Source: Dendrobates tinctorius (taxonomy: Eukaryota). Taken from it: a stretch of 64,000 nucleotides of DNA. The stretch lies in assembly GCF_039654945.1 (NCBI RefSeq), contig NW_027361708.1, positions 5,270,001-5,334,000 on the forward strand, read 5' to 3'. Below are positions 23,747-35,857 of this stretch, piece by piece. Both the position numbers and the translations under genes were made by a program. The notes below the pieces were generated by a model that was not told where the DNA came from, ran no database searches, and saw nothing but the letters and a program-made list of their open reading frames with translations. The stretch's first letter is position 1, and the number at the start of each line of letters is the position of its first letter.

Positions 23747-25165
23747 TAACCCCTTCGCGCCGGCCGCCGTAGCGGTACGGCGAATCGTACCCGGATCATA
23801 TGCCCGGCGATCGCCGTGGGTCGGGAGCCGGTTCCCGGAGCAAAGTGGTTACTGTACCTCCTAAAACATTCCTTAGGGGGTGTAGTTTCAAAAATGGGGT
23901 CACTTTTTTGGGGTTTCCACTGTGCGGGACCTCAGTGTGTCTCCAAATGTGACATGGCCCCATAGATTTCTTACAGTGAATTTTGCTGCAGCTTCGCTTA
24001 CGAAGCCTGCCGTGCGCCAATACTGTGGTTTTAGACAACACTTGTGGTATTGCCGTGTTCGGGAGACAATGGGGAATAAAAAGTGGGGTGTACTTTTTCC
24101 TGGTCCCCCTTTTCAAGATGAAAAATGTGGGCCTAAAGAGACATTTTTCGGTAAAAAACGTACTTTTCAATTTCCTCAACCAAGTGCATGAAACTCCAAT
24201 GGAGCGCTTGTTGGGTCAAAGTGGTTACTATACCCCCTAAAACATTCCTTAGGGGGTGTAGTTTCCAAAATGCGATAACCTTTTGGGGGTTTCCACTCTG
24301 GGGGTACCTCAGGGTCTCTCCAATACGACATGGCCCACTGGATTTCTTCCAGTGTAATCTATTATCCCAAAAACCGCCTAGCTCTCCTTCTATGCTGAGC
24401 CCTCTTGCGCGCCCATAATTTAGTTTACGTGTACATGTGGGGTGTTTCTATAAACTGCGGAATTGGGGTAACCAATTTTGGGTTTGGGTTTGCTGTTAAC
24501 CCTTGCTGGGTTGCAGGTAAAATTGGATTACAATGGAATATCTGCCAAAAAATTGAAATTTTGATATTTCACTGTCATTTTGCTTGAATTCCTGTGCAAC
24601 ACCTAAGGGGTTAACAAAGTTTTGAAAATCCATTTTGGACACCTTGAGGGGTGTAGTTTGCAAAATGGGGTAATGTATGGGTGGGTTCTGTTATACAAGA
24701 CCCATAAAGTGACGCCCGAACTGACTTGGTCCTGGGAAAAATGGGTTTTGGAAATTTAGTCGTAAACTTTAAAAATTGCGTATAAAACTATGAGCCTTAT
24801 CACATCCGAAAAATATAAAATTTCATTTCCAAAATGATGCCAATGTGAAGTAGACATGTGGAGAATGTAAACTAATAACTGTTATGGGGGGTATCAGCAT
24901 TTTTGTAAAAAGTAGAGAATTTCAAAGTTCAAAAATAGCGAATTTTTCCCAAATTTTCGTGTATTTTGTAATTTTTTATGCAGAAAGGTAAAATCTATTG
25001 ACTCACAATTAGCACTACCATGAAGTACAATATATCACGAGAAAACAATCTCAGAATGGCGTGGGTAGGTGATAGCGTCCCAAAGTTATTACTGCATGAA
25101 GTGACAGGTCAGATTTACAAAAAATGGCCTAGGCATTTGGGTACAAATAGGCCTGAAGGGGTTAA
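23747..25165. mobile_element. piggyBac-type non-autonomous element in the right arm of AcademX
   Basis: TTAAccccttcgcg...ggcctgaaggggTTAA; the distal 1.15 kb mirrors 11351-12505. Confidence 0.75.
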
Positions 25166-25286
25166 GCTACTGATGTGCAAGGGCTATCATATCAAAACAT
25201 AAACTACAGACATGCATCTACCTAAAAACACCAAAGAGAATTAGTCACTCTGGGTTGTACCGATATCTGGCCCGGCTCATGGACTA
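24013..25286 (-). repeat. Right terminal inverted repeat of AcademX
   Basis: Reverse complement of 11219-12505. Confidence 0.93.
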
Positions 25287-25292
25287 ATATAA

Positions 25293-25587
25293 GGGTGTGT
25301 GCACAAGCTGCTGATTCTGCTGCGGATCTGCAGCAGTTTTTGCTGCGGTGCACAGTGCCATTATAACCTATGAAATACAAAAACAACAGTGCACACGTTG
25401 CGGAATTTTCAGCACGGATTTTCTGCAGTTTCAAAACCGCAGCATCTCAATTCTTTGTGCGGATTCCGCAGCGGTTTCGCATCTGCTCCATGACAGGTGT
25501 CACAGAAAAACTGCAGATTTACCTGCGGTCTTTGACAAATCCGCGTGGAAAAATCCACAGGTGAATCCGCAGCGTGTGCACGCAGTC
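25293..25587. mobile_element. Harbinger-type palindromic MITE
   Basis: TAA on both sides; gtgtgcacaagctgc...gcagcgtgtgcacgc inverted ends. Confidence 0.65.
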
Positions 25588-26389
25588 TAAGGGTTCTTCA
25601 AACGCGAAAAGGCATCCGCTCTCGATTCCATCCAATTTATGTTCAAAAAGTCAAATGATGTTCCTTCACTTCCGAGCCCTGCTGTGCGACCAAATAGTAG
25701 TTTTCCCCCACACCTGTGGGGTACACTCACTTTTTTTTTTAGAATGTTTAGAATGTTGTCACTTTTGGGTGTTTGGTAAATTTTGTTGGAAAAATGAGAA
25801 ATTGCTAGTCAACTTTTAATGCTTCTAACCTCCGAGCAAAAAAAAAATATTTAAAAAAATTGTGCTGAAGTCAACATGTGGGAAATGTTATTTATTAACT
25901 ATTTTGTGTGATCTGACTCTCTGGTTTAAGGGCATAAAATTTAAATGTTTGAAAACTGCAAAGTTTTCACCATATTCCTGATATTATCGCAAATAAACGC
26001 AAATCATATCAAAGAAATTTTGCCACTATCTTGAAGTACAATATGTCACATAAAGCAATCTCAGAATCAGTGTGATTTGTTGAAGCTTTGCAGAGTTATT
26101 ATCTCTATAAAGTGACACTGGTCAGAATTGTAAAATTTGGCCTAGTCAGGAAGATGAAAACAGGCTTGGGGGAGTAAAGGGATTAATCTACTATTGATTG
26201 TTCTGTCCTCATCACTCTTCTTCAGCAGGTGTAAAGAGGCCGGGAAACAAGAGCTCAAAGACTTGAATACTGTTAATGGCCGGAACTCAGCACATTTAAA
26301 TACAACCGAAATATTTCTGTTCCCAGGACATGAACAGGTTCTAGTGTTATAGTGTCAGTGTAGTGTAGTGTATCACCCTGAAAATTCAT

Positions 26390-27056
26390 TATTTGCTCTT
26401 CCCCAGGTCCTCATTTGTTCTCCCCATCCCCCACCTTCAATTCAATTGCTGTCCCCGTCCTTCATTTCATCATTTGCAGTCCCCCTCACTTCATCATTCG
26501 CTGTCCCCCTTCCCCCCTCTCTTCATTTGCAGTCCCCCTTACCCCCTCACTTCATCATTTGCAGTCCCCCATTCTCCCATTTCATGTGCAGTCCCCTATC
26601 CCCTCCCTCACATCATCATATGAAGCCCCCCTCCGTCATTTGCAGCCCCTTCCAACATTTGCAGGCCTCATTCCATAATTTGCAAATTGCATCCCCCTTC
26701 ATCATTTTCAGCACCCCCTCCATCATTTGTAGCCCCCCTTCATCATTGGCAGCCCCGCCAATGACATGATCACGCTGCTGACGTCGCTCTGGCCCGGCGG
26801 TCAGAGCTTCAATTGTACAGGCGTCTGTATAGACGCCAGTACAATTGCTCCCTGGGAGCCGGCACGGCCTCCTTCTCTGCGCCGGCTGTCAGCTTGACAG
26901 CTGACACAGAGAACCACCGACTCTCAGGCGGGGGGCGGCAGAACGCAGCCGCCAGGGAGGACACTGCGGACCACTGCATTAGGCGGCCCGACTGCGCCCC
27001 CCTGCTGGCTGCGCCCGGGGCAACTGCCCCGGCTGCCCCCCCTAGATACGCCACTG
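26390..27056. mobile_element. hAT-like MITE fragment with degenerate internal minisatellite
   Basis: Ends cccccctagatacgccactg (CAGTGGCG-type hAT terminus); repeated tcatcatttgcagtccccc units. Confidence 0.5.
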
Positions 27057-28143
27057 GGATGAAGTGGATAAGGAAGGTGCAAACAGGTATGCAGTGGCAA
27101 AAGATGATTTACAAGTGTTTGTATTCTTTAGCTGGGCCATCAAATAGCATGGTGCTCCTTCTATTACAGGATCAATATATATCACACAGGCAAAACCAAA
27201 CAATTTACAAAGAATGAGGCTACTCTACATGTAACCTCCATGGCCTCTACTAAACAGGCCACAGGGCTGTCGTGTTCTTTCTACTGAAGCCTACATTAAG
27301 CCCTGTCATGTGCACAAATGGGAGCAAACTCACAGTAATGTTGCGGACTCGGGGGGGCCCCCAGCAGTCCTATACAGTGGTGCAAACGTCTGGCAGATCC
27401 GTGAAACGTGGTCTTCTCCTTGCTTCAGGGTCCTAGAGGTGCTCCTGGAAACTGTAAATCCCTTTCTCGGTCTCTTTGTGGCTTCCCAAAATAGAACAGG
27501 ACAGCCACCATTGCTACACCCGAAGGGTCCGTTCAACTTCTCAAGTCCAATACGTCCCAGGCTGTGAGACCTTTTTCACAGTTACATGCACAGCCGTTCT
27601 CAGAAGCAGCTTATTTCTCTCTCCCTCTCACAGGCTCAACTCATCCCCTCTTCAGTCTTGGGCAGTTCATAACACAATTTTTTGCAGGGGAAAGCAGAAC
27701 ATTTAATCACACCAAACAAGGAGGGTGCTGTCTCTTAAAGTAGCAGCGTGTCTCTTACTGGCCACAACAGCACCACCCCCCTTACACTGAGGCCGTGTTC
27801 ACACTTAACGTAAATGCTGCGTTATTTCTGCAGGTGTCCACACCACACGTAATAACAATCTTCTCTGATTATTGCGTGTGTGCTGAGTTTCTTTTCTGTG
27901 TTTTCGCGCTTATTTATTGCAATTTTGGGGCAGATATGAAGCAGAGTTTTTAACTCTTTTGTCTAATAGTACAGAAATTCTTTGATTCTGCCCTTAAAAC
28001 TAAAACAGCGTTTTGTTTTGTTTTTCAGTAGAAGCCTATAGAGAAAAAATACTACAAAACTGCAGAGTCTTCAGACCACAGAGAGTGGAGATTTCATGGA
28101 ATCACATCCACTTTGCTTCTTTATTTGCAAAAAATTCTGCTGT

Positions 28144-30862
28144 TTAACCCCTTTACCCCCAAGGGTGGTTTGCATGTTAATGACCAGGCCAATTTTTACC
28201 ATTCGGACTACTGTCTTTTTATGAGGTAATAACTCTAGAACACTTCCATGGATCCTGGTGATTGTGACAATGTTTTCTCGTGACATATTGTACTTCATGA
28301 TAGTGGTAAAATTTCTTTGATATGACTTGCGTTTATTTGTGAAAAAAAAACAGAAATTTGGTGAAAATTTTGCAATTTTCCAACTTTGAATTTTCATGCC
28401 TTTAAATCACAGAGATATGTCAAACAAAATAGTTAATAAACAACATTTCCCACACGTCTACTTTACATCAGCACAATTTTGGAACTAATTTTTTTTAGGA
28501 AGTTATAAGGGTTAAAAGCTGACCAGCGATTTCTTTTTTACAACACAATTTTTTTAGGGACCACTTCACATTTGAAGTCACTTTGAGGGGTCTATATGAT
28601 AGAAAATACCCAAATGTGACATCATTCTAAAAACTGCACCCCTCAAGGTGCTCAAAACCACATTCAACAAGTTTATTAACCCTTCAGGTGCTTCACAGGA
28701 ATTTTTGGAATGTTAAAATTAACATTTAACTTTTTCACAAAAAAATTACTTCAGATCTAATTTGTTTTATTTTACCAAGGGTAAAAGGAGAAATGGAACC
28801 CCAAAAGTTTTTGTTCAATTTATCCTTTGTACGCTGATACCCCATATATACAGGTAAACCACTGTTTGGGCGCATGGCAGAGCTCGGAGGGAAGGAGCGC
28901 CGTTTGACTTTTCAATGCAAAACTGGCTGGAATTGAGATTGGACGCCATGTCGCGTTTGGAGATCCCCTGATGTGCCTAAACAGTCGAAACCCCCCATAA
29001 GTGACAGCATTTTGGAAAGTAGACCGCCTAAGGAACTTACTTATCTAGATGTGTGGTGAGCACTTTGAACCCCCAAGTGCTTCACAGAAGTTTATAACGT
29101 AGAGCCGTGAAAATAAAAAATCATATTTTTTCCACAAAAATGATTTTTTCGCCCCCAATTTTTTATTTTCCCAAAAGTAGTTGTGCAATTTGTCCTGAGT
29201 CCGCTGATTCCCCATATGTGGGGGTAAACCACTGTTTGGGTGCATGGCAGAGCTCGGAAGGGAAGGAGCATCGTTTGACTTTTTCAATGAAGAATTGGCT
29301 GGCGTTTGGAGAGCCCCTGATGTGCCTAAACAGTGGAAACCCCCAATTCTAACTTCAACCCTAACCCCAACACACCCCTAACCCCAACCATAACCCTAAC
29401 CACAAACCTAACCCAAGCACACCCCAACCCTAAATCCAACACTAACCATAATCCCAACCCTAATCCCAATCGTAAGTGTAATCCTAACTTTATCCATAAC
29501 CCTAACGGGAAAATTGAAATAAATACATTTTTTTAATTTTATTTTTCCCTAACTAAGGGGGTGATAAAGGGGGAGGGTTTGAGTTACTACTTATAGCGGG
29601 TTTTTATTTTTGGCAGCTGTCACACACTAAAAGACGCTTTTTATTGCAAAAAAGTTTTTGCATCACCACATTTTGAGAGCTATAATTTTTCCATATTTTG
29701 TCCCACAGAGTCATGTGAGGTTTTGTTTTTTGCGGGACAAGTTGATATTTTTATTGGTACCGTTTTCGTGAACATGACATTTTTTGATCGCTTTTTATTC
29801 CGATTTTTGGGAGATAGAATGAGCAAAAACCAGCAATTCCTGAATTTCTTATTTTTTTTGGGGGGGGGGGCATTTACACCGTTCCGCGTGTGGTAAAATT
29901 GATAAGGCAGTTTTATTCTTCGGGTCACTATGATTACAGTAATGCCTTATTTATATCTTTTTTTTTTTATATTTTGATGCCTTTATATAATATAAACTAT
30001 TTTATAGAAAAAATAATTATTTTTGTATCGCTTTATTCTGACAGCTATAACTTTTTATCTTTTTGCTGATGATGCTGTGTGGCGGCTTGTTTTTTGCTGG
30101 ACAAGATGACGTTTTCAGCGGTACCATGTTTATTTATATCCGTCTTTTTGATCGTGTGTTATTACACTTTTTGTTCGGCGGTATGATGATAAAGCATTGT
30201 TTTTTTACCTTGTTTTTTTTAATGGGGTTCACTAAAGGGGTTAACTAGTAGGACAGTTTTATAGGTCGGATCGTTACGGATGCGGCGATACCAAATATGT
30301 TACTTTTATTGTTTAGATTTTTTTGCATTCAAATATTTAGTGATCAAATAAATATTGATTTTTTTATTATTTTTACAATTATTTGACATTTTTTTTTTAT
30401 TTAATTCTTATTTTTATACTTTGCCCCACTATGGGACACTCATTTTGTGCAGGCTGATCGCTTTTATAGCATGTAGATCTGCATGCTATAGAAGCTGTCA
30501 GTGCTGCATGCATTTTACACTGACATGAGAGACTTCATGGTCATCACTGTGCATGACAGGAAGTCTCTCAGGTTTGGAGACCAGGATGTCATCATGAAGA
30601 CATCGGGTCTCCATGGCAGCGATCGGGACCCTGCGTCATGCCGCGGGGTCTCTGATCCAAAGTCAGAGGGGCTCTCAGCCCCTCTGTCGGCTCCGGAACG
30701 CTGTGATCTTCTTTGATCGCAGTGTTCTGGGGGTTAGAGAGCTAGGAGCGGTCTGTGACCGCTCCTGGCACTTAGTGCCGGGTGTCAGCTGTGAGAATCA
30801 GCTGACACTCAGCTGCACTCCCCCGTGAGTGTGACTGATCGCCAATGACGTACCATCTCGTC
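28144..30862. mobile_element. piggyBac-type non-autonomous element (far end truncated)
   Basis: TTAAcccctttacccccaagggtgg start; colinear with 52166-57345; short degenerate CCCTAA tract at ~29350-29505. Confidence 0.75.
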
Positions 30863-31016
30863 AACTCAAAAATATTTCCAGAATCTGTCCCGTCCTTAAT
30901 CTACTAAAACTCTTGTACATGCCCTCATCATCTCCCGCCTTGACTACTGCAACACCCTCCTCTGTGGCCTCCCTGCTAATTCTCTTCTTAATCCACCTCT
31001 CTCCTCGCTACTCCCC
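30863..31016 (+). mobile_element. L2 fragment
   Basis: Matches 8948-9140 of the first L2 (ctcaaaaatatttccagaatc...gactactgcaac). Confidence 0.75.
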
Positions 31017-31753
31017 TGTTATGAATGAGTCACCGTAGGAGGCAAAAACAGAAATACTAGCTAAGTCCAGAAAACCAGAGAAGTTGGCAGCTATCGGATT
31101 GCAGACCCCTGAACCTAACAACAACAAATAGCAGTAGCCGTGGGGGGTTCCTACGGTGCCCTAGACCCCTCGATCACAGCCGGAGAACTACATAGCCTAA
31201 AGACAGAAAGGGAAATCTAAACTGCCCCAGAGCAGACCCCAAAGCAATAGGCAGCCCCCAACATATAATGACGGTGAAGCAAGATGAAAAAACACTCACA
31301 CAGATAGAAAGATAGGCTGAGCAAATGATGGGGCCCAAGCTAACTAAATAGGACAGAATAGAAAAGCTGCTGTCTGCAATTCGCCAAAACCCTCTCAAAA
31401 ACAAGAGCCAACAGACTGATAGGGAAAAAAGCCCTGAAGACGCTAGGCTTCAAAAAGACTATATCAGTACTCAGGTATTATCTGAAGACAGAGCAAAAAG
31501 GAATTCAGCTCACCCAGCAGGGAAAGGCAGAAATCCAGAAAAACAAGGCAAAACAAAACCAAAACACAAATGCAAAAAGTAGAGCAGAAAACTTAGCTTT
31601 TGAGGAGCAGGAATCAGACTGGTCTCCAAGAATCCCTCAGAGTAATCACCCGCAAGGCAGAAGGGCGTCGGCTGCCTTATATCCAGTCAGCAATCCTAGT
31701 CACCCAGTCATCATCATTCTGCTCAGGTGCTTTGTAATCAGCCTCACTACCTT
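31017..31753. mobile_element. Possible LTR fragment
   Basis: Begins TGTTATG exactly where L2 homology stops; A-rich LTR-like composition. The other end was not found. Confidence 0.35.
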
Positions 31754-33293
31754 TAACTGTGGTTAGTTATAACAAATTATAATTATCCTCCATCCCATAG
31801 TCCCGTGCCCATATACCCATCATACATATCCACGATCATATAGGCCCGTGTCCATATACCCATCATACATATCCTCCATCCCATATTCGAGTGCCCATAT
31901 ACCCATCACACATCCTCCATCCCATAGTCCCATGCCTATATACCCATCATACATATTCTCCATCCCATAGTCCCATGCCCATATACCCATCATACATATT
32001 CGCCATCCCATAGTCGAGTGCCCATATACCCATCACACATCCTTCATCTCATAGTCCCATGCCCATATACCCGTCATACATATCCTCCATCCCATACTCC
32101 AGTGCCCATATACCCATCACACATCCTCCATCCCATAGTCCCGTGCCCATATACCCGTCATACATATCCTCCATCCCATACTCCAGTGCCCATATACCCA
32201 TCATACATATCCTCCATCCCATAGTCAACCATTATGACATCATAATGAGCGGCGGGGCTTGCAACCTATGATGAATCAGCGTAGCCATGGCAACCATTAT
32301 GACATCATAATGAGGGGCGGGGCTTGATGCGCACACACTTTTTCCCCAGTATGCAGAGAGGGGCAAAATTGGTGAATTGGAACGCGCGGGGTTAAAATTT
32401 CGCCTCACAACATAGCTTAGGACGCTCTCGGGGTCCAGACGTGTGACTGTGCCAAACTTTGTGGCTGTAGCTGCGACGGTGAGGATGCCAATCCCGGACA
32501 TACACACACACATACATACACACTTTGAGCTTTATATATTAGACTAGCTGAAGAGCCCGGCACTGCTCAGGCATAGTAACTAACTGTGGTTAGTTATAAC
32601 AAATTATAATTATCCTCCATCCCATAGTCCCGTGCCCATATACCTATCATACATATCCTCCATCCAATAGTCCCGTGCCCATATACCTATCATACATATC
32701 CACCATCCCATAGGCCCGTGCCAATATACCCATCACACATCCTCCATCCCATAGTCCCATATACCCATCACACATCCTCCATCCCATTGTCCCATGCCCA
32801 TCACACATCCTCCATCCCATAGTCCCATGCCCATATACCCATCATACATATTCGCCAAACCCATAGTCCAGTGCCCATATACCCAACACATCCTCCATCC
32901 CATAGTCCTGTGCCCATATACCCGTCATACATATCCTCCATCCCATAGTCCAGTGCCCATATACCCATCACACATCCTCCATCCCATAGTCAACCATTAT
33001 GACATCATAATGAGCGGCGGGGCTTGCAACCTATGATGACATCAGCGTCGCCATGGCAACCATTATGACATCATAATGAGGGACAGGGCTTGATACACAC
33101 GTAATGTTTCCCCATTATGTAGATAGGGGCAAAATTGGTGAATTGGAACGCGCGGGGTTAAAATTTCGCCTCACAACATAGCTTAAGACGCTCTCGGGGT
33201 CCAGACGTGTGACTGTGCCAAATTTTGTGGCTGTAGCTGCGACGGTGCGGATGCCTATCCCGGACATACACACTTTGAGCTTTATATATTAGA
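31754..33293 (-). mobile_element. Tandem dimer of non-autonomous Helitrons
   Basis: Minus strand: A|TC start at 33293, subterminal hairpin gcctgagcagtgccgggc, and a CTAG end at 32547-32544 joined directly to the TC of a second copy (32543-31754, 3'-truncated). Internal ~35-40-bp minisatellite. Confidence 0.8.
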
Positions 33294-33669
33294 TAGGTCC
33301 TTTTTGACCACATTCACTATTCATACACATATATGTATATATATATATGCTCTGTATTGCACCTTATATCTGACTGGTATTTTTACTCTAATATTGGTGT
33401 TTCATGTATGGCTTACTAATATTTGCATTATTGTCATGGTCATATATGATATATATGGATTTCACTAACAAATTTATACCGACCCGGTTTCAGTGTGGCA
33501 TTCAGGTGTCGCTGATTCCTTTATTTATAACTGTTGTACTACATACTAATTTTACTCCTCATTTAAAAAAAATAATAAAATTTACATTTTTTTATATTGA
33601 TCCTTGGTCCTATTTCTTCCGGGTTTCCTTTAGTTTCCTGGTAAGATATGCACATAAACACTGTACAGG

Positions 33670-33940
33670 CTCAGGCATCATGGCATTTAGGGGTTCCTCG
33701 CTGTCTCAGGGTCAAGCATCCTGGTATTTAGGGGTTCCTGTCTACCTCAGGGTCAGACATCTTGTAGTTAGGGGTTCCTGGCTGCCTCAGGCATCCTGGT
33801 ATTTAGGGGTTTCTGGCTGCCTCAGGATAAGGCATCCGGGTATTTAGGGGCTCCTGACTGATGGCTGCCTCAGGGTCAGGCATCCGGGTATTTAGGGGCT
33901 CCTGACTGATGGCTGCCTCAGGGTCAGTCATTGTGGTAGT
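33670..33940 (+). repeat. Degenerate left part of the 41-bp minisatellite
   Basis: Same unit as 35858-37470, more diverged. Confidence 0.8.
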
Positions 33941-35857
33941 TATTATTATTATTTATTTATATAGCACCATTGATTCCATGGTGCTGTACATGAGAAGGGG
34001 TTACATACAAATTACAGATATCACTTACAGTAAACAAACTAACAATGACAGACTGATACAGAGGGGAGAGGACCCTGCCCTTTCGGGCTTACATGCTACA
34101 GGATGGTGGGGAAGGAGACAGTAGGTTGGTGGGTTGCAGCAGTTCCGGTGTTGGTTGAGGTGATATCTCCGGTAGTGGTGAGGAGGTAGCGGGGTCTTTG
34201 CAGGCTATAGGCTTTCTTGAAGAGGTGGGTTTTCAGGTTCCGTCTGAAGGATCCGAATGTGGTTGATAGTCGGACATGTTGGGGCAAAGAATTCCAGAGG
34301 ATGGGGGCTATTCGGGAGAAGTCTTGGAGGCGGTTGGGTGAGGAGCGAATAAGTGTGGAGGAGAGAAGGAGGTCTTGGGATGACCGGAGATTACGTGAGG
34401 GAAGGTATTGGGAGATTAGTTCAGAGACATATGGGGGAGACAGGTTATACATGGCCTTGTAGGTCAGTATTAGTAATTTGAACTGGATACGCTGAGGGAA
34501 TGGGAGCCAGTGAAGAGATTTGCAGAGGGGAGAAGCGGAGGAGTAGCAAGGAGAAAGATGAATTAGCCGGGCAGCAGAGTTAAAGATGGACTGGAGAGGT
34601 ATGAGGGTGTTAGCAGGGAGACCACAGAAAAGGATGTTGCAGAAGTCGAGGCGGGAGATGAGGGTGTGCACAAGCATTTTAGTAGATTGAGGGTTGAGGA
34701 AAGGACGGATTCTGGAAATATTTTTGAGCTGGAGGCGACAGGAGGTGGAGAGAGCTTGGATGTGCGGTTTGAAGGACAGGGCAGAGTCAAGGGTTACTCC
34801 AAGGCAGCGGACTTCTGGTACTGGGGACAGCGTGATGTCATTAATTGAGATAGGTCAGGTAAGGAAGATCTATGAGATGGAGGAAAGATGATGAGTTCAG
34901 ATTTGTCCACATTGAGCTTGAGTAAGCTAGAGAAGGAGGATATGGCTGATAGACACTCCGGGATTCTGGACAGCAGAGAGGTGACGTCTGAGCCAGAGAG
35001 GTAGATCTGAGGGTCATCAGCATAAAGGTGGTACTGGAATCCATGGGACTTTATGAGTTGACCCAGGCCAAGGGTATAAATTGAGAAGAGTAGGGGTCCT
35101 AGAACAGAGCCTTGGGGGACTCCAATAGAGAGAGGGTGGGATGAGGAGGTAGTGTGGGAGTGGGAGACGCTGAATGTGCTGTTGGAAAGGTATGAGGAGA
35201 TCCAGGATAGGGCAAGGCCTTTGATGCCGAAGGAGGAGAGGATCTGTAGTAGGAGGCAGTGGTCAACTGTGTCGAATGCAGAGGACAGGTCTAGAAGCAG
35301 GAGGAGAGGATCTGTAGTAGGAGGCAGTGGTCAACTGTGTCGAATGCAGAGGACAGGGCTAGAAGCAGGAGTATAGAGAATTGTCCGTTTGCTTTGGCTG
35401 TACCGTTAGTAATTTTGGTCAGGGCTGGCTCAGTGGAGTGATGGGGGTGGAAACCAGATTGTAGATTGTCAGAGCAGTTAGATGATAGGTGGGAGCTAAG
35501 TTCAGTGTGGACGTGCTGCTCCAGGAGTTTGGAAGCGAAGTGATATTGGGCTATCGCTGGACATAGCGGTTGGGTTGAGGGTTGACTTTTTGAAGATAGG
35601 CGTGATTGTGGTATGTTTGAAAGGGGAAGGGAAGGTACTGGACGTTAGTGATAGGTTTAAGAGGTGGGTTTGGAATGGGATAAGCGTGGTGGTGAGGTTG
35701 GGGAGGAGGTGGGATGGGGTCAAGTGCACAGGTTGTGAGGTGCGATTTGGAGAAGAGACTTAAGCTCGCCTTCAGTGATGTTTGAGAGTTAGGTTAAGGG
35801 GTTTGGGCATTAGTCTGGTATACAAAGGGGTTGTGGTGGTTGAACAATGAAGACTTG
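33941..35857 (-). mobile_element. 5'-truncated L2 LINE with intact 3' tail
   Basis: Same family as 7267-9328 (LISRLDFCN, SLHWLPFPQRIQFK, LWNSLP). (TAA)n tail at ~33941-33960; internal ~68-bp tandem duplication near 35235-35370. Confidence 0.92.

Larger units (their letters stand above)
11219..25286 (+). mobile_element. AcademX DNA transposon (full length, with nested insertions)
   Basis: Termini TAGTCCATGAGCC...GGCTCATGGACTA, 3-bp TSD ATA (11216-11218 / 25287-25289), TIRs 11219-12505 and 24013-25286. The internal ORF has the transposase + XPG nuclease + Cys8 architecture diagnostic of AcademX. Confidence 0.88.
9804..26186. mobile_element. Host piggyBac-type non-autonomous element, interrupted by the AcademX insertion and MITEs
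   Basis: The family subrepeat (gggtttccactgtttaggcacatcaggggctctccaaacgcg) is broken at 11218 and resumes at 25588. Ends aaagggaTTAA at 26186. The left terminus was not found. Confidence 0.65.

Noticed and set aside
27060-27787. Possible LTR remnant (a similar case at ~6205-6780)
   Set aside because: Could not define both termini or a TSD.
7267-35857. Two inverted L2 copies as ends of one giant element
   Set aside because: They have different truncation points and independent indels; separate insertions of an abundant family.
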